DNA of 64,000 bases from a virus. The stretch lies in the IMG/VR virus record IMGVR_UViG_3300025229_000001. One strand, given 5' to 3'. The notes under the pieces were generated by a model. That model saw only the letters and a program-made list of their open reading frames with translations, made no database searches and was not told the origin of the DNA. Below, one piece after another: positions 46,550-54,851 of the stretch. The translations under genes were made by a program, and so were the position numbers. The stretch's first letter is position 1. Each line of letters begins with the position of its first letter.

Positions 46550-47955
46550 TCGAAGCCTCGCTTGGATCTCTTCGGCTGCTCATCGCCCGGCTGTTCCCCG
46601 AACCTGGTTCCCGGCATCAGGTCGGCGAACAATGTGCGCTCGCCGATGTAGGCCGCCGCAACCGTTCCGGTCGGCCCGTTCCGTTGCTTGGCTATGTTTA
46701 TCTCGCCAATTCCGCGGTCTCGTGTGTTGGGGTTGTAGACTTCATCCCGGTACAGAAAGAGGACGATGTCAGCGTCCTGCTCGATTTCGCCGGAGTCGCG
46801 CAAGTCGGAGAGCATCGGGCGCTTGTCATGCCGTTCTTCGAGCTTCCGGTTCAACTGGGCCAGCAAGACAACCGGCACTTCCAATTGCTTCGCCAGCGCC
46901 TTAAGGCCTCGGCTGTTGGCGCCGACCTTTTCATTGCGGGTGTTGCCTTCGCCGTCAGCCATCAGGCCCAAGTAGTCGATAACGATCAGGCCGAGACCGT
47001 GGCGACGCTTCACGGTGCGGGCGCGGCTGCGGATTTCGTTAAGGCTCAGCGCCGGCTGCTCGTCGACCAGCAACTCAAGTTCCGAAACTTTCAAAGTGCC
47101 GACCGTCAGACGATCGAAGTCGCCTTCGTCGTCGTTGAATTTCTTTCCATCGAGAATCTTGTCCAGCGGCAGGCCCGAGGCGCGAGCGATAGCACGGTTC
47201 GCCAGTTCCTCGCCAGGCATCTCCTGCGAGAAGAACAGCGTGGCGCCACCGGCGTGCGCCGCAGCTTCGGCCACTCCCAAGGCGATCGCCGTCTTTCCCA
47301 TTGCGGGACGGCCGGCGATCACGATCAGCTGACCGGGGCGCATTCCGCCGCCGAGTTTCTCATCGAGGTCACGCAAGCCGGTCGACAAGGAGCGAACCTT
47401 GGTTTCCTTGCCGTAATATTGCGCGTCAATGCGTTCGATAACCGGAGACAGGAAGGCCCGGATGTATTGCGCGTCTTTCGTCGTGGTGACGACCAGCGGT
47501 TCGAATTTGGCCTGAGCTTCGTTCAGGATCTGCTCGACGGTTTTGCCTTCGCGGTTGTAGGCCATCGCGGCAATCTCATCGGCTGCGGAAATGATCCCGC
47601 GCAGCTTCCAGCGATCGATCACAATGTCGGCCCAGCGAGTGATACCAGCGGCGCCAGGGGCGTTCGAAACAAGGCTGTTCAGGTACGACAAGCCACCAAC
47701 CTGATCGGCAACGCCGGCGGAATTGAGCGCCTCGAAGACCGTGATCATGTCCGCACGGCGGTTTGAAACGATCAGCTTCTGGATCGCGTCGAAGATCTGC
47801 CGATGGTCGAAGCGGAAGAAGTGTTCACCGCGCAAATGGCCGACGCGGTCGAAGCCATCGTTGTCGGACATGAGCGCGCCGAGAATTGTCTGTTCGGCTT
47901 CGACGGACGCCGGCACTTCGCGCGCTGTCTCGATGAATCTATCAGGTGCGTTCAT
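46546..47955 (-). CDS. dnaB: Replicative DNA helicase
   Basis: AGRPAMGKT, IVIDYLGL, LAQLNR, SGEIEQDAD, KQRNGP; start MNAPDR by ATGA overlap. Confidence 0.95.
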   Translation of the reverse strand: MNAPDRFIETAREVPASVEAEQTILGALMSDNDGFDRVGHLRGEHFFRFDHRQIFDAIQKLIVSNRRADMITVFEALNSAGVADQVGGLSYLNSLVSNAPGAAGITRWADIVIDRWKLRGIISAADEIAAMAYNREGKTVEQILNEAQAKFEPLVVTTTKDAQYIRAFLSPVIERIDAQYYGKETKVRSLSTGLRDLDEKLGGGMRPGQLIVIAGRPAMGKTAIALGVAEAAAHAGGATLFFSQEMPGEELANRAIARASGLPLDKILDGKKFNDDEGDFDRLTVGTLKVSELELLVDEQPALSLNEIRSRARTVKRRHGLGLIVIDYLGLMADGEGNTRNEKVGANSRGLKALAKQLEVPVVLLAQLNRKLEERHDKRPMLSDLRDSGEIEQDADIVLFLYRDEVYNPNTRDRGIGEINIAKQRNGPTGTVAAAYIGERTLFADLMPGTRFGEQPGDEQPKRSKRGFE

Positions 47956-48953
47956 TGTTCTTTCCTGTTGAATTGGCCACCCGAGACTTTCGAGAATCCG
48001 TCGCGGCCAATTAGCCAATCAAAACCGCAGTGGGGCGGCACGTCCACGCTGTCAGCAACCCAAGGGAAGTACCGCTGCCAGAACGTCGGATCTTTTGGAC
48101 GGAATCCGAGGAAGTCGGTAATCGCGTCGGCGCGGTCCTTGCTGAATACTTCGTGACTGGCCTCTCCAAGGGAATCCCCAAGCGACTCGTTGAACGCGTT
48201 CATTACCGAAATCTGCTCAGCGGTATAGGCGGCCGGCGTGTAGTCATCCATCCATCCGCCATCGTTCAGCCAGGAGGCCGGGTAGGGGATGTAGGTCTTG
48301 TCGAGCCATTCAACCGAAGTCTTGGCCTTCTCCAAGCCGGACATGATGTCTGCAAGGAGTTGCTCGTTCGGTTTCAGCTTGGCAAGTGCCTTTTCAGCCG
48401 CGGTCTTCGATTTCTTTCTCGGATAGGCAGTCCAGAAGGAATCAAAGCGTTCGCGAAGCGAGCGCGAAAGATTGTCTTTTGGAGTTGTCTTTTGAGTTGT
48501 TTTTAAAGACGTATATTGTGGTTGTTGATTTGACAACCCCTCAATGGTTGATTTGACAACCCCTGAGTTGTCGTTTTGACAACCTTTCTGTTGTTGTTTC
48601 GACAACGGTTGCTGTTTCGACAACTGGGGTTGTTGATTTGACAACCCCCATTGCTTGTGATGCTTGTTGATGCTGAGTGTGTGGCCGTGGGTGCCGCCGC
48701 TACGATGGATCACTTTTGCGATTTCAAGTTCGCGCACGGTTCTGCTCAGGTTCGACTTGTCGAGACCAGTCATGGCAGACAACTGCGACAGCCCGATCTC
48801 GTCGGATGTCTTGTTGAAGCCGTACGTTTTACGAATGATCGTCATTACGACCGCCCATTGCCTTGCTGTTAGTCCTGCACAAATGAGTGCGTCCAGAAGC
48901 TCGTTAGCGAGCCTCGTATATCCGTTTTCGAGTTGCGGTGACGCTTCTTGCAC
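47952..48953 (-). CDS. O: Replication initiator (lambda O-like)
   Basis: ENGYTRLANELL...RKTYGFNK; FDSFWTAYPRK; internal iterons. Confidence 0.9.
   Translation of the reverse strand: MQEASPQLENGYTRLANELLDALICAGLTARQWAVVMTIIRKTYGFNKTSDEIGLSQLSAMTGLDKSNLSRTVRELEIAKVIHRSGGTHGHTLSINKHHKQWGLSNQQPQLSKQQPLSKQQQKGCQNDNSGVVKSTIEGLSNQQPQYTSLKTTQKTTPKDNLSRSLRERFDSFWTAYPRKKSKTAAEKALAKLKPNEQLLADIMSGLEKAKTSVEWLDKTYIPYPASWLNDGGWMDDYTPAAYTAEQISVMNAFNESLGDSLGEASHEVFSKDRADAITDFLGFRPKDPTFWQRYFPWVADSVDVPPHCGFDWLIGRDGFSKVSGGQFNRKEQ
48470..48648. repeat. Replication origin: six 17-bp iterons plus AT-rich flank
   Basis: GTTG(T/C)NG(A/T)TT(T/C)GACAAC-type units near 48521, 48545, 48567, 48590, 48608, 48629; T-rich tract at about 48470-48520. 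Confidence 0.88.
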
Positions 48954-48962
48954 ACTTCCGCC

Positions 48963-49202
48963 TCAAGATCTCGATTGCTTGGACAGGTACGCCCGCAACT
49001 TGCGAATAGCCTCACCAGCCATGCGCGTTGCCGGCGTGTCTTCCTGACACACAGTCATGCGATGCAGCAGCTCGGATAGCGCTGCGAGGTCCGGATCAGC
49101 GATCGGGAAGACGTCGACCGGTAGGCTCTTAACAAGCGAATCCAGCGCCCTGTTAATGCGCAACTCAGCACTGGAGACCCGACGAGTTCCGCGGGCGCTC
49201 AC
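48963..49202 (-). CDS. Hypothetical protein
   Basis: GTG start overlapping upstream stop. Confidence 0.55.
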   Translation of the reverse strand: MSARGTRRVSSAELRINRALDSLVKSLPVDVFPIADPDLAALSELLHRMTVCQEDTPATRMAGEAIRKLRAYLSKQSRS

Positions 49203-49369
49203 AGCGGCCTCCGATGCTTCGGCTTCTCAGTCATCCGCGCGAGCGAATCACACAGAAGGGTGACGAGTTGATGCTTCTCGGCCTTCTTGCGCGCATGTGC
49301 GATCTTCTGGGCCAGCTCGTCCTGGTCGCGCCACTTGGCCGGTTCCCGATTCAAACGGTCTCGCTTCAT
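49199..49369 (-). CDS. Hypothetical protein (56 aa)
   Basis: Start MKRDRL just after upstream stop. Confidence 0.55.
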   Translation of the reverse strand: MKRDRLNREPAKWRDQDELAQKIAHARKKAEKHQLVTLLCDSLARMTEKPKHRRPL

Positions 49370-49370
49370 C

Positions 49371-49544
49371 TCAACCCCTAAGACAAACAATCACTGCCAC
49401 CACCGGCAGCGCACACAGAGCAGCCAGGCAGACTCCGAACGTAACGGGCGATGCCATCAGACGGTCGATCAGCGGTTCGTTCTGACGGGCCCTGTATGCG
49501 TCCCATTGGGCGCGCTGTAATTGGTCTCGGTGGTGGAAAGTCAT
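49371..49544 (-). CDS. Small membrane protein (57 aa)
   Basis: Not in ORF track; MTFHHRDQ...FGVCLAALCALPVVAVIVCLRG; ATGA overlap with cII stop. Confidence 0.6.
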   Translation of the reverse strand: MTFHHRDQLQRAQWDAYRARQNEPLIDRLMASPVTFGVCLAALCALPVVAVIVCLRG

Positions 49545-49939
49545 GCTGCCCTCGATGAATTAAGCATTGCTGCCAGAGCGCCCTCAAGGGCAGCTACCTT
49601 TTCCTTCAGCGCGGCGTTCTCGGCTTTCGCGTCGACCACCGTTTCGTCTACGTCTCCCAACCCGATCTGCATCACCTCGTACTGGACTGGGGCGCGGTTT
49701 CCACAAAGGCGCATTAGTTTCAGGCGCTTGTGAGTCGGAAAGCCGACCGAACCCGACATGATTCGCGAGAAGTGCCCCTTGTCGATCGACAGTTGCTTAC
49801 CGATGTATTCGTTGGTAAGCGAACTGAGTTGGATGCACAGTCGCACCGCGTCGAGTTCGTCGTCACACATACTCAGCAACTCCTCCGACACGTTCTTAAG
49901 CTTCCTTGGCTCTCCGAGAGCCGTGATTTCGCGTTGCAT
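49541..49939 (-). CDS. cII: CII-like transcriptional regulator
   Basis: HTH (IGKQLSIDKGHFSRIMSG) plus C-terminal coiled coil; position after cro. Confidence 0.65.
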   Translation of the reverse strand: MQREITALGEPRKLKNVSEELLSMCDDELDAVRLCIQLSSLTNEYIGKQLSIDKGHFSRIMSGSVGFPTHKRLKLMRLCGNRAPVQYEVMQIGLGDVDETVVDAKAENAALKEKVAALEGALAAMLNSSRAA

Positions 49940-50030
49940 GGTCTTTTCCTTGAGGGTTCTTGCAGGCAGTTAAATTGAGTTGCAAGTCCTCAGGAAATCA
50001 AAATGGCGTCAAATCATCGCCATCCGTGAC

Positions 50031-51164
50031 CTACAACTCATGATTCACTGCTTCCGTTGTTCCGGTGAACTTCTTGTTCTCGCTCGTTGCGCCGAGCGGA
50101 GCGGTGTTCGTCGTATTTCTCAATCTATTTTTCAGTTCAAGTTGGCGTCTATTGCATTCTTCGATGTACGCGGACCTCGCTTCCTGCTCTGTTGCGAAAT
50201 AGCCAACGGTCTCGCGTCCGACCTTCACCTGGTAGGGCCGGGATTTGCACTTCTTCAAGTACGTCCATCCGCGACCACGGCCGAGGCCAAGGCCGGCCAA
50301 ATGGTCATACCCCTTCGCGGCCATCGTTACGGCTCGTTTAGCCGTGCGAATGCTAGCCGGAGTCTTGATATAGCTATCCTTCGAGTTCTGGCTCTGAGTG
50401 CAGATGTAGACATTCCCGACCGAGTACGATCCAACATCGCCGGTCCGCGCCATGACATAACCTTGTCCTCGACCGCGCTGCTCCCACTTGCCGGATTTCT
50501 GCCAGACCGCCCACCATTGCGGGAAGGTCAACGAGAACTCAATCCCTCGTTTGTCGCTGTTTCGCTTCTGGTGGACATAGGCCTTGGCAGCCTTGTTGGA
50601 CGTAAGCTGAACGCCTTTTCCAAGCAATGTTTCAAGGCCGGAATAAAGGCAGCCATAGACGCGCATGCAGCGTTCGTCACGGTTAGCCACGATTCGGAAT
50701 GTGCGGGCGGCCTTTTTAGCTTCCGCGCGAATCGACGAACCGCCATCAAATCTCGTCACGCCGCGTTTCGAGATGATCTGTCGGACACGCTCACGCGTGA
50801 CTCCGTGGATCTCGCCGATCTTTTCGAGACTCAAACCGGCCGAATAGGCATCGATCATTTGGCGGGCGCGGGATTCGGCGTCGGGCGATTGCATAGGGCC
50901 GCGCTTTCGCGTAGTCCCAGCCGCCTTGGAGGCCTTGTATATGGTCGCCGTGCACACGCCGTATTTGGCCGCAATCTGCTCAGTCGGCATTCCGGCGTTC
51001 CAATCGTCTGCGAACTTCTCGAAGGAGAACTTTTCGCGAGCCAGCGGACGACCGGCTTTACGCGCGCACTCAAAACAGCGCATGCGCCGACCATGACGAG
51101 GAACGGGCAGCGGTCCGCGACAATCAGCGCAGATTCCGGGCTCTGTAATGTTGAGGTAAGCCAT
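50031..51164 (-). CDS. Multidomain endonuclease: Zn ribbon, two HTH, HNH variant, AP2-like
   Basis: CADC..CFEC; EQIAAKYGV; EKIGEIHGVTRERVRQI; RGIEFSLTF.QWW...GNV...QN; VGYFATEQEARSAY. Confidence 0.75.
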   Translation of the reverse strand: MAYLNITEPGICADCRGPLPVPRHGRRMRCFECARKAGRPLAREKFSFEKFADDWNAGMPTEQIAAKYGVCTATIYKASKAAGTTRKRGPMQSPDAESRARQMIDAYSAGLSLEKIGEIHGVTRERVRQIISKRGVTRFDGGSSIRAEAKKAARTFRIVANRDERCMRVYGCLYSGLETLLGKGVQLTSNKAAKAYVHQKRNSDKRGIEFSLTFPQWWAVWQKSGKWEQRGRGQGYVMARTGDVGSYSVGNVYICTQSQNSKDSYIKTPASIRTAKRAVTMAAKGYDHLAGLGLGRGRGWTYLKKCKSRPYQVKVGRETVGYFATEQEARSAYIEECNRRQLELKNRLRNTTNTAPLGATSENKKFTGTTEAVNHEL

Positions 51165-51455
51165 TTACAACACCGACCGCATTTCTTTCGTCTTGCGGCT
51201 CGAACTACCGCCGGGGTTCGGCTGAGCGTCGTCGCGTGCTGCGATGGCATCTATACCGTTACCCCAGATGTCTGGGCGAAGCTCCGCGAGAGTGAAACGT
51301 GGATCAGCTTCGACAAGCTCTTTGCAGAGTTTGGCGCCAGGCTTACGTCCCGGTCGCGTGCAAAGATAGAGGTACTCGACCGACCTGCCGATCTTCGCGG
51401 CAAGCGCACGGCGCTCGTCAGGCTTGGTAGTGAGGAACCACGTTCGAAGATCCAT
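51165..51455 (-). CDS. cro: Cro-like repressor
   Basis: ALAAKIGRS.EYL...LRPDIW; divergent from cI. Confidence 0.85.
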   Translation of the reverse strand: MDLRTWFLTTKPDERRALAAKIGRSVEYLYLCTRPGRKPGAKLCKELVEADPRFTLAELRPDIWGNGIDAIAARDDAQPNPGGSSSRKTKEMRSVL

Positions 51456-51488
51456 TTAGTCAGCACCGAGAAATCATGTAGTGCTGCC

Positions 51489-51517
51489 AGCATAGATCAA
51501 AACGATGTGCGACTCAA
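51489..51517 (-). promoter_or_regulatory. pR promoter with operator in spacer
   Basis: TTGAGT-N17-TATGCT; ATC-N5-GAT palindromic core between the boxes, repeated near 51554. Confidence 0.7.
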
Positions 51518-51588
51518 GCTTTTTGCTTTGCTAAATCAAATCTTTTTGCACGTTGATCAAAATGATTGATCCAATCATCATTCGCACC

Positions 51589-52347
51589 ATGAAAACGGTG
51601 AAAGAGATCCGGTTAGAGAACGCGCGCGCGCTCGCACACGAGGGCCCGGCTGAGTTCGCGCGTCGAATAGACAGCAGCACTCAGCAGGTCAATCAGTTCA
51701 TGGGCCCGTCGCCAACTCGCAACATCGGTGACAAGCTGGCGCGCCGTATCGAGGCAGCGTTTGGCAAGCCAGAAGGGTGGCTTGATGTCGAGCACATAAC
51801 AGGCAGCACCGATGCATCAATCAGCGGAACAAGGTCGGCCGTACTCGAGAAATTGCTGCCAGAAGGAAGCGGTAACTTAGTCACATGGGAGACCCCGGAA
51901 GATCTCGAGCCCGACGACGACCGGGTGTGGATCGACCGTTATGACTATCGTTACTCAGCGGGGAATGGCGTGATTCAATGGGAAGTACGACAAAAAAAGG
52001 CGCTGCCGTTTGATATCGGTTTCTTCAAGGCCCTTGGTGTGCGCCCACAGGATTGCAGGTTGGCCCAGGTTCACGGTCGGAGCATGGAGCCGTATCTGTT
52101 CAATAAAGACATGATGATGATTTGCATGGCGAAGAACCGGGTGAAGGACGGTCTGATTTACGCCGTGACGTTTGAGGATGAACCGCTGGTGAAGCAGATC
52201 TTTAAGGAGCCGGAAGGCGCTCTGAGGCTGCATTCCTACAATCCAGAGTTTCCCGACAAGATCATCGCCGCGGACCAGCTGGAAGGGCTTCAGATCGCCG
52301 GAGAGGTTGTGTATCGATCCGGTTCAGGCTTGGCCGGCGGTAATTAA
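51589..52347 (+). CDS. cI: CI repressor (HTH plus S24 autopeptidase)
   Basis: AEFARRID...RNIGDKLARRIE; VHGRSMEP (Ser) and LVKQI (Lys). Confidence 0.93.
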   Translation: MKTVKEIRLENARALAHEGPAEFARRIDSSTQQVNQFMGPSPTRNIGDKLARRIEAAFGKPEGWLDVEHITGSTDASISGTRSAVLEKLLPEGSGNLVTWETPEDLEPDDDRVWIDRYDYRYSAGNGVIQWEVRQKKALPFDIGFFKALGVRPQDCRLAQVHGRSMEPYLFNKDMMMICMAKNRVKDGLIYAVTFEDEPLVKQIFKEPEGALRLHSYNPEFPDKIIAADQLEGLQIAGEVVYRSGSGLAGGN

Positions 52348-52420
52348 GACCGCTAAAAACCACAAATACGGGGTAGCCGATGGCGGTCGATCTGACTGAC
52401 CATCTTTGCAGCACTGAACG

Positions 52421-52447
52421 ACCCGGCCTCGGCCGGGTTTTTCATTT
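52421..52447 (+). terminator. cI terminator
   Basis: ACCCGGCC-TC-GGCCGGGT followed by T-tract. Confidence 0.75.
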
Positions 52448-52642
52448 CCGCCTCTGCTCGAAGCCCTCCCGCCATAACGTAGCACCGACCGACGTCAACA
52501 CGGCCAGGTCGTCTCCCCCGAATCTCTCCCAGTTCTGCGCAAGCCAGCCTGCGAAGCCGGCGCACGCGTAGTCAATCGGTACGTCTGCTCGGCCCTCGAC
52601 GTTCAATCGCTCGAAAACCGTTATCACGTCGTCTGCGGTCAT
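52442..52642 (-). CDS. Hypothetical protein in immunity region
   Basis: GAGG RBS; convergent with cI. Confidence 0.65.
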   Translation of the reverse strand: MTADDVITVFERLNVEGRADVPIDYACAGFAGWLAQNWERFGGDDLAVLTSVGATLWREGFEQRRK

Positions 52643-52692
52643 CTCAGCCTCCTAGTACCCACCTTCAGTCTAGACGGCGATCCCTCTATCTG

Positions 52693-52805
52693 AGCAAATC
52701 TTTATGATCTATTGAAGCTATGCAGGCGATAGAAATAATTGTTCGCTCCGAGCAAATCTTTTTGCGACATAGCGCTTGGCAAAGCAAATCAAATTGATCT
52801 ATGAT
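52693..52805 (+). promoter_or_regulatory. OL operators and pL promoter
   Basis: AGCAAATC-N5-GATCT at 52693 and 52783, degenerate copy at 52751; TTGGCA(52776)-N18-TATGAT(52800). Confidence 0.7.
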
Positions 52806-52851
52806 TCTCTCCATACCGCAACACAACGCAACGACGGAGAAGGGGATTGAA

Positions 52852-53058
52852 ATGAGCCCGAACAACCTTAATGCATTCCGCGCGATTGACGAAGTCTTCG
52901 ACGGAACTTTCATGTTGACGTTTGGCGGCCCGCTCGACGCACCGGAGATGATTCCGAACGGCTCGATGGTCGCGCATGAATGCCACACGATCCTCGCCGG
53001 TTCAGCACTTCGCTTGGGCGCGCACAACAAACCGTGCATATCGTTCCAGGTGCGCTAA
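52852..53058 (+). CDS. First pL gene, hypothetical (68 aa)
   Basis: Purine-rich RBS before MSPNNL; stop abuts the ribozyme. Confidence 0.6.
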   Translation: MSPNNLNAFRAIDEVFDGTFMLTFGGPLDAPEMIPNGSMVAHECHTILAGSALRLGAHNKPCISFQVR

Positions 53059-53113
53059 CAGGTCGAAACCGCTTCGGCGGTCTGAGCGTAAGGCGCTCAC
53101 TGACGAGACCGTG
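53059..53113 (+). ncRNA. Hammerhead ribozyme, type II
   Basis: GGTC-GAAA-CCGC(TTCG)GCGG-TC|TGAGCG(TAAGG)CGCTCA-CTGACGA-GACC: full core, G10.1-C11.1 pair, GUC cleavage after 53082. Confidence 0.92.
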
Positions 53114-53363
53114 AATTACCCGCAGTAGAAGCACCCGCCCCGGCAGAGCCGGATCGCGGAACGCACATTAACAATCGAAGTTTGCGGCCTCCCTCGGGAC
53201 TCGCCGCACGGTCTGATCTAGTCGACCGATACGCAGCACAGACCAACCGCGCTAGGCCGATGTATGGCTACCGGATAGAAGTCTGATTGAAGGCTGCGAG
53301 ACGATCAAAACCACGCGGCAGCTGGAGCCGGCTAGGCCGGGAGTTGTCAGCGTCGCGTGGATA

Positions 53364-53497
53364 GCAGTTCTCAGTGTTGGCGGTTGGTAACACGCATAGA
53401 CCATCGAGCCTTGCGAACCCCGCGTGTCTGGCGAATCCGGCGCGGGCGGCGGAAGAAGATGAACTAGCTAGGCCCAGCCGCCAACACTGAGAACTGC
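53364..53497 (+). repeat. 24-bp inverted repeat (RNase III-type stem)
   Basis: 53364-53387 pairs with 53474-53497 with one G-U. Confidence 0.85.
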
Positions 53498-53500
53498 AAG

Positions 53501-53623
53501 CGTTTTTAGTGGAAGGGTAGCGCAGTGGTGATGCGCGCTGAAGTGCACAGGTGGTGCGGGCGGCGATGTAGTCGTAACCGTTCCAAGCCGGAAATTCACC
53601 CCCGGCGCCTTCCCCTAAAGACG
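53501..53623 (+). ncRNA. C4-like RNA, copy 2 (divergent)
   Basis: Closing stem CGTTTTTAGTGGAAGG/CCTTCCCCTAAAGACG; GCGC-AGTGGTGAT-GCGC and GCCGG-AAATTCACCC-CCGGC hairpins. Confidence 0.6.
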
Positions 53624-53714
53624 TTTCGAGTCCCCTAGCCGCGGCCGATTCGCTGAGTCGGCGGCGGTTAGCGGGCTCTTGAGAGATTAGGACAACTACT
53701 CGCTGGAGACATTC

Positions 53715-54029
53715 ATGAGCGAAAAATCGGCCATCAGATGCGAGACGCCGCGTTGCATCAACGACATAGCGAAGTACGGCCCGCAATACCACATGGTCTA
53801 CGACCGCAAGGAAGGCCAGTGCTGTGAGCGTTGCGGTGGAAAGTTCGACGGGGCCGCATGGCGCCATGCCTGCAAGCACTGTGAAACCGAAGTGCAACCC
53901 GGCGAGCTTGTTGGCCTGTTCGTGCCGCACTCGTGCAAGGCGTGTCACGAGAAAGTTGTCGCCGACCAAGTCAAACGCGGCGCGGTCTGCGGTGGATGCA
54001 AATCGGCCTTCGCACTTTGTTGCTGCTAG
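53715..54029 (+). CDS. Cys-rich multi-zinc-finger protein
   Basis: 14 Cys in 104 aa, CxxC pairs, CCC terminus; GGAG RBS. Confidence 0.75.
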   Translation: MSEKSAIRCETPRCINDIAKYGPQYHMVYDRKEGQCCERCGGKFDGAAWRHACKHCETEVQPGELVGLFVPHSCKACHEKVVADQVKRGAVCGGCKSAFALCCC

Positions 54030-54040
54030 AGGAGCCAATC

Positions 54041-54229
54041 ATGAACTGGCACCAAGACATGACCGTCATCGACGGCAGACTGTACGCGGGCGACAGGTGG
54101 CTGGGCAATTTCACCTCGCACTCTGCGGCGATGGCGGGGATTCAGATCATGCGCAACGGCGGCAGCGATGTTGCTCTCGCCGAGGATGACCGCGATCTTC
54201 TCGCGGCGATTGATGCGGACGAGGTTTGA
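54041..54229 (+). CDS. Hypothetical protein (62 aa)
   Basis: GAGGAG RBS before MNWHQD. Confidence 0.65.
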   Translation: MNWHQDMTVIDGRLYAGDRWLGNFTSHSAAMAGIQIMRNGGSDVALAEDDRDLLAAIDADEV

Positions 54230-54251
54230 GGATACTTGCTGGAGATTTGTG

Positions 54252-54710
54252 ATGCACAGAATACCGCTAACCAGAGGAATGTTTGCGCTGGTCGATGACG
54301 AAGACTTTGATGCTTTGTCCAAATACAAATGGTGTGTGAGCCACTTTGGCTATGCCGTGCGGAACGAAGGCAGCAAACAAGTTCGAATGCACCGTCAGAT
54401 CATGGGCGTGGATGACAGATGGATTTTGGTCGATCACGTCAACATGAACAGGACGGATAACAGAAGGAAAAACCTTCGCACGTGCACCCAAGCAGAGAAT
54501 CTGAGGAATCGACCATCCGCCAACAATAAGTCTGGTTACAAAGGTGTGACGCACTGCGCGAAAACAGACAGTTGGTGCGCAAAGATTGGCTACAAGGGCC
54601 GGTGTAAGAACCTCGGGTATTACGAAACGGCACAAGAGGCGCACGAGGTCTATTGCCTGTGGGCCGACATGCTTCACGGCGAATTCGCACATTACGGGGT
54701 GAAATCATGA
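54252..54710 (+). CDS. HNH-AP2 homing endonuclease
   Basis: VDHVNMNRTDNRRKNLR; SGYKGV...LGYYETAQEAH...HGEFA. Confidence 0.9.
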   Translation: MHRIPLTRGMFALVDDEDFDALSKYKWCVSHFGYAVRNEGSKQVRMHRQIMGVDDRWILVDHVNMNRTDNRRKNLRTCTQAENLRNRPSANNKSGYKGVTHCAKTDSWCAKIGYKGRCKNLGYYETAQEAHEVYCLWADMLHGEFAHYGVKS

Positions 54711-54850
54711 GCTTCTACACCGACTTCGGATTCCGGGCCTACGTGCCGAGAGTCTCCAACTACATCCTGACGTTCGCCAGACACTTCGACGTCTATTCCA
54801 ATTCACGGCTGGTCATGTCTGTGGACTACAGCCAGATCGCTTGGTGCTGA
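54707..54850 (+). CDS. Small hypothetical protein
   Basis: ATGA overlap. Confidence 0.45.
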   Translation: MSFYTDFGFRAYVPRVSNYILTFARHFDVYSNSRLVMSVDYSQIAWC

Positions 54851-54851
54851 A

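Noticed and set aside
46327-47766. 479-aa plus-strand ORF
   Set aside because: Antisense shadow of dnaB.
48521-48648. CRISPR-like array
   Set aside because: Gaps are only a few nt, the repeats are inside the O gene, and there are no cas genes: iterons.
49980-51569. 529-aa plus-strand ORF across the endonuclease and cro
   Set aside because: Opposite two well-supported genes, no recognisable domain; high GC makes long shadows common. Ribo-seq would settle it.
53135-53180. nut site (CCGG-CAGAG-CCGG hairpin plus GCACATTAACAA)
   Set aside because: boxA match is degenerate and no N-like gene was recognised; too weak to call.
53205-53300. Second hammerhead at CTGATC / CTGATTGA
   Set aside because: CUGANGA and paired GAAA core not satisfied.
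53268-54038. 256-aa minus-strand ORF over the pL leader
   Set aside because: Antisense to pL transcription; overlaps structured RNA and a gene with a good RBS; no motifs.
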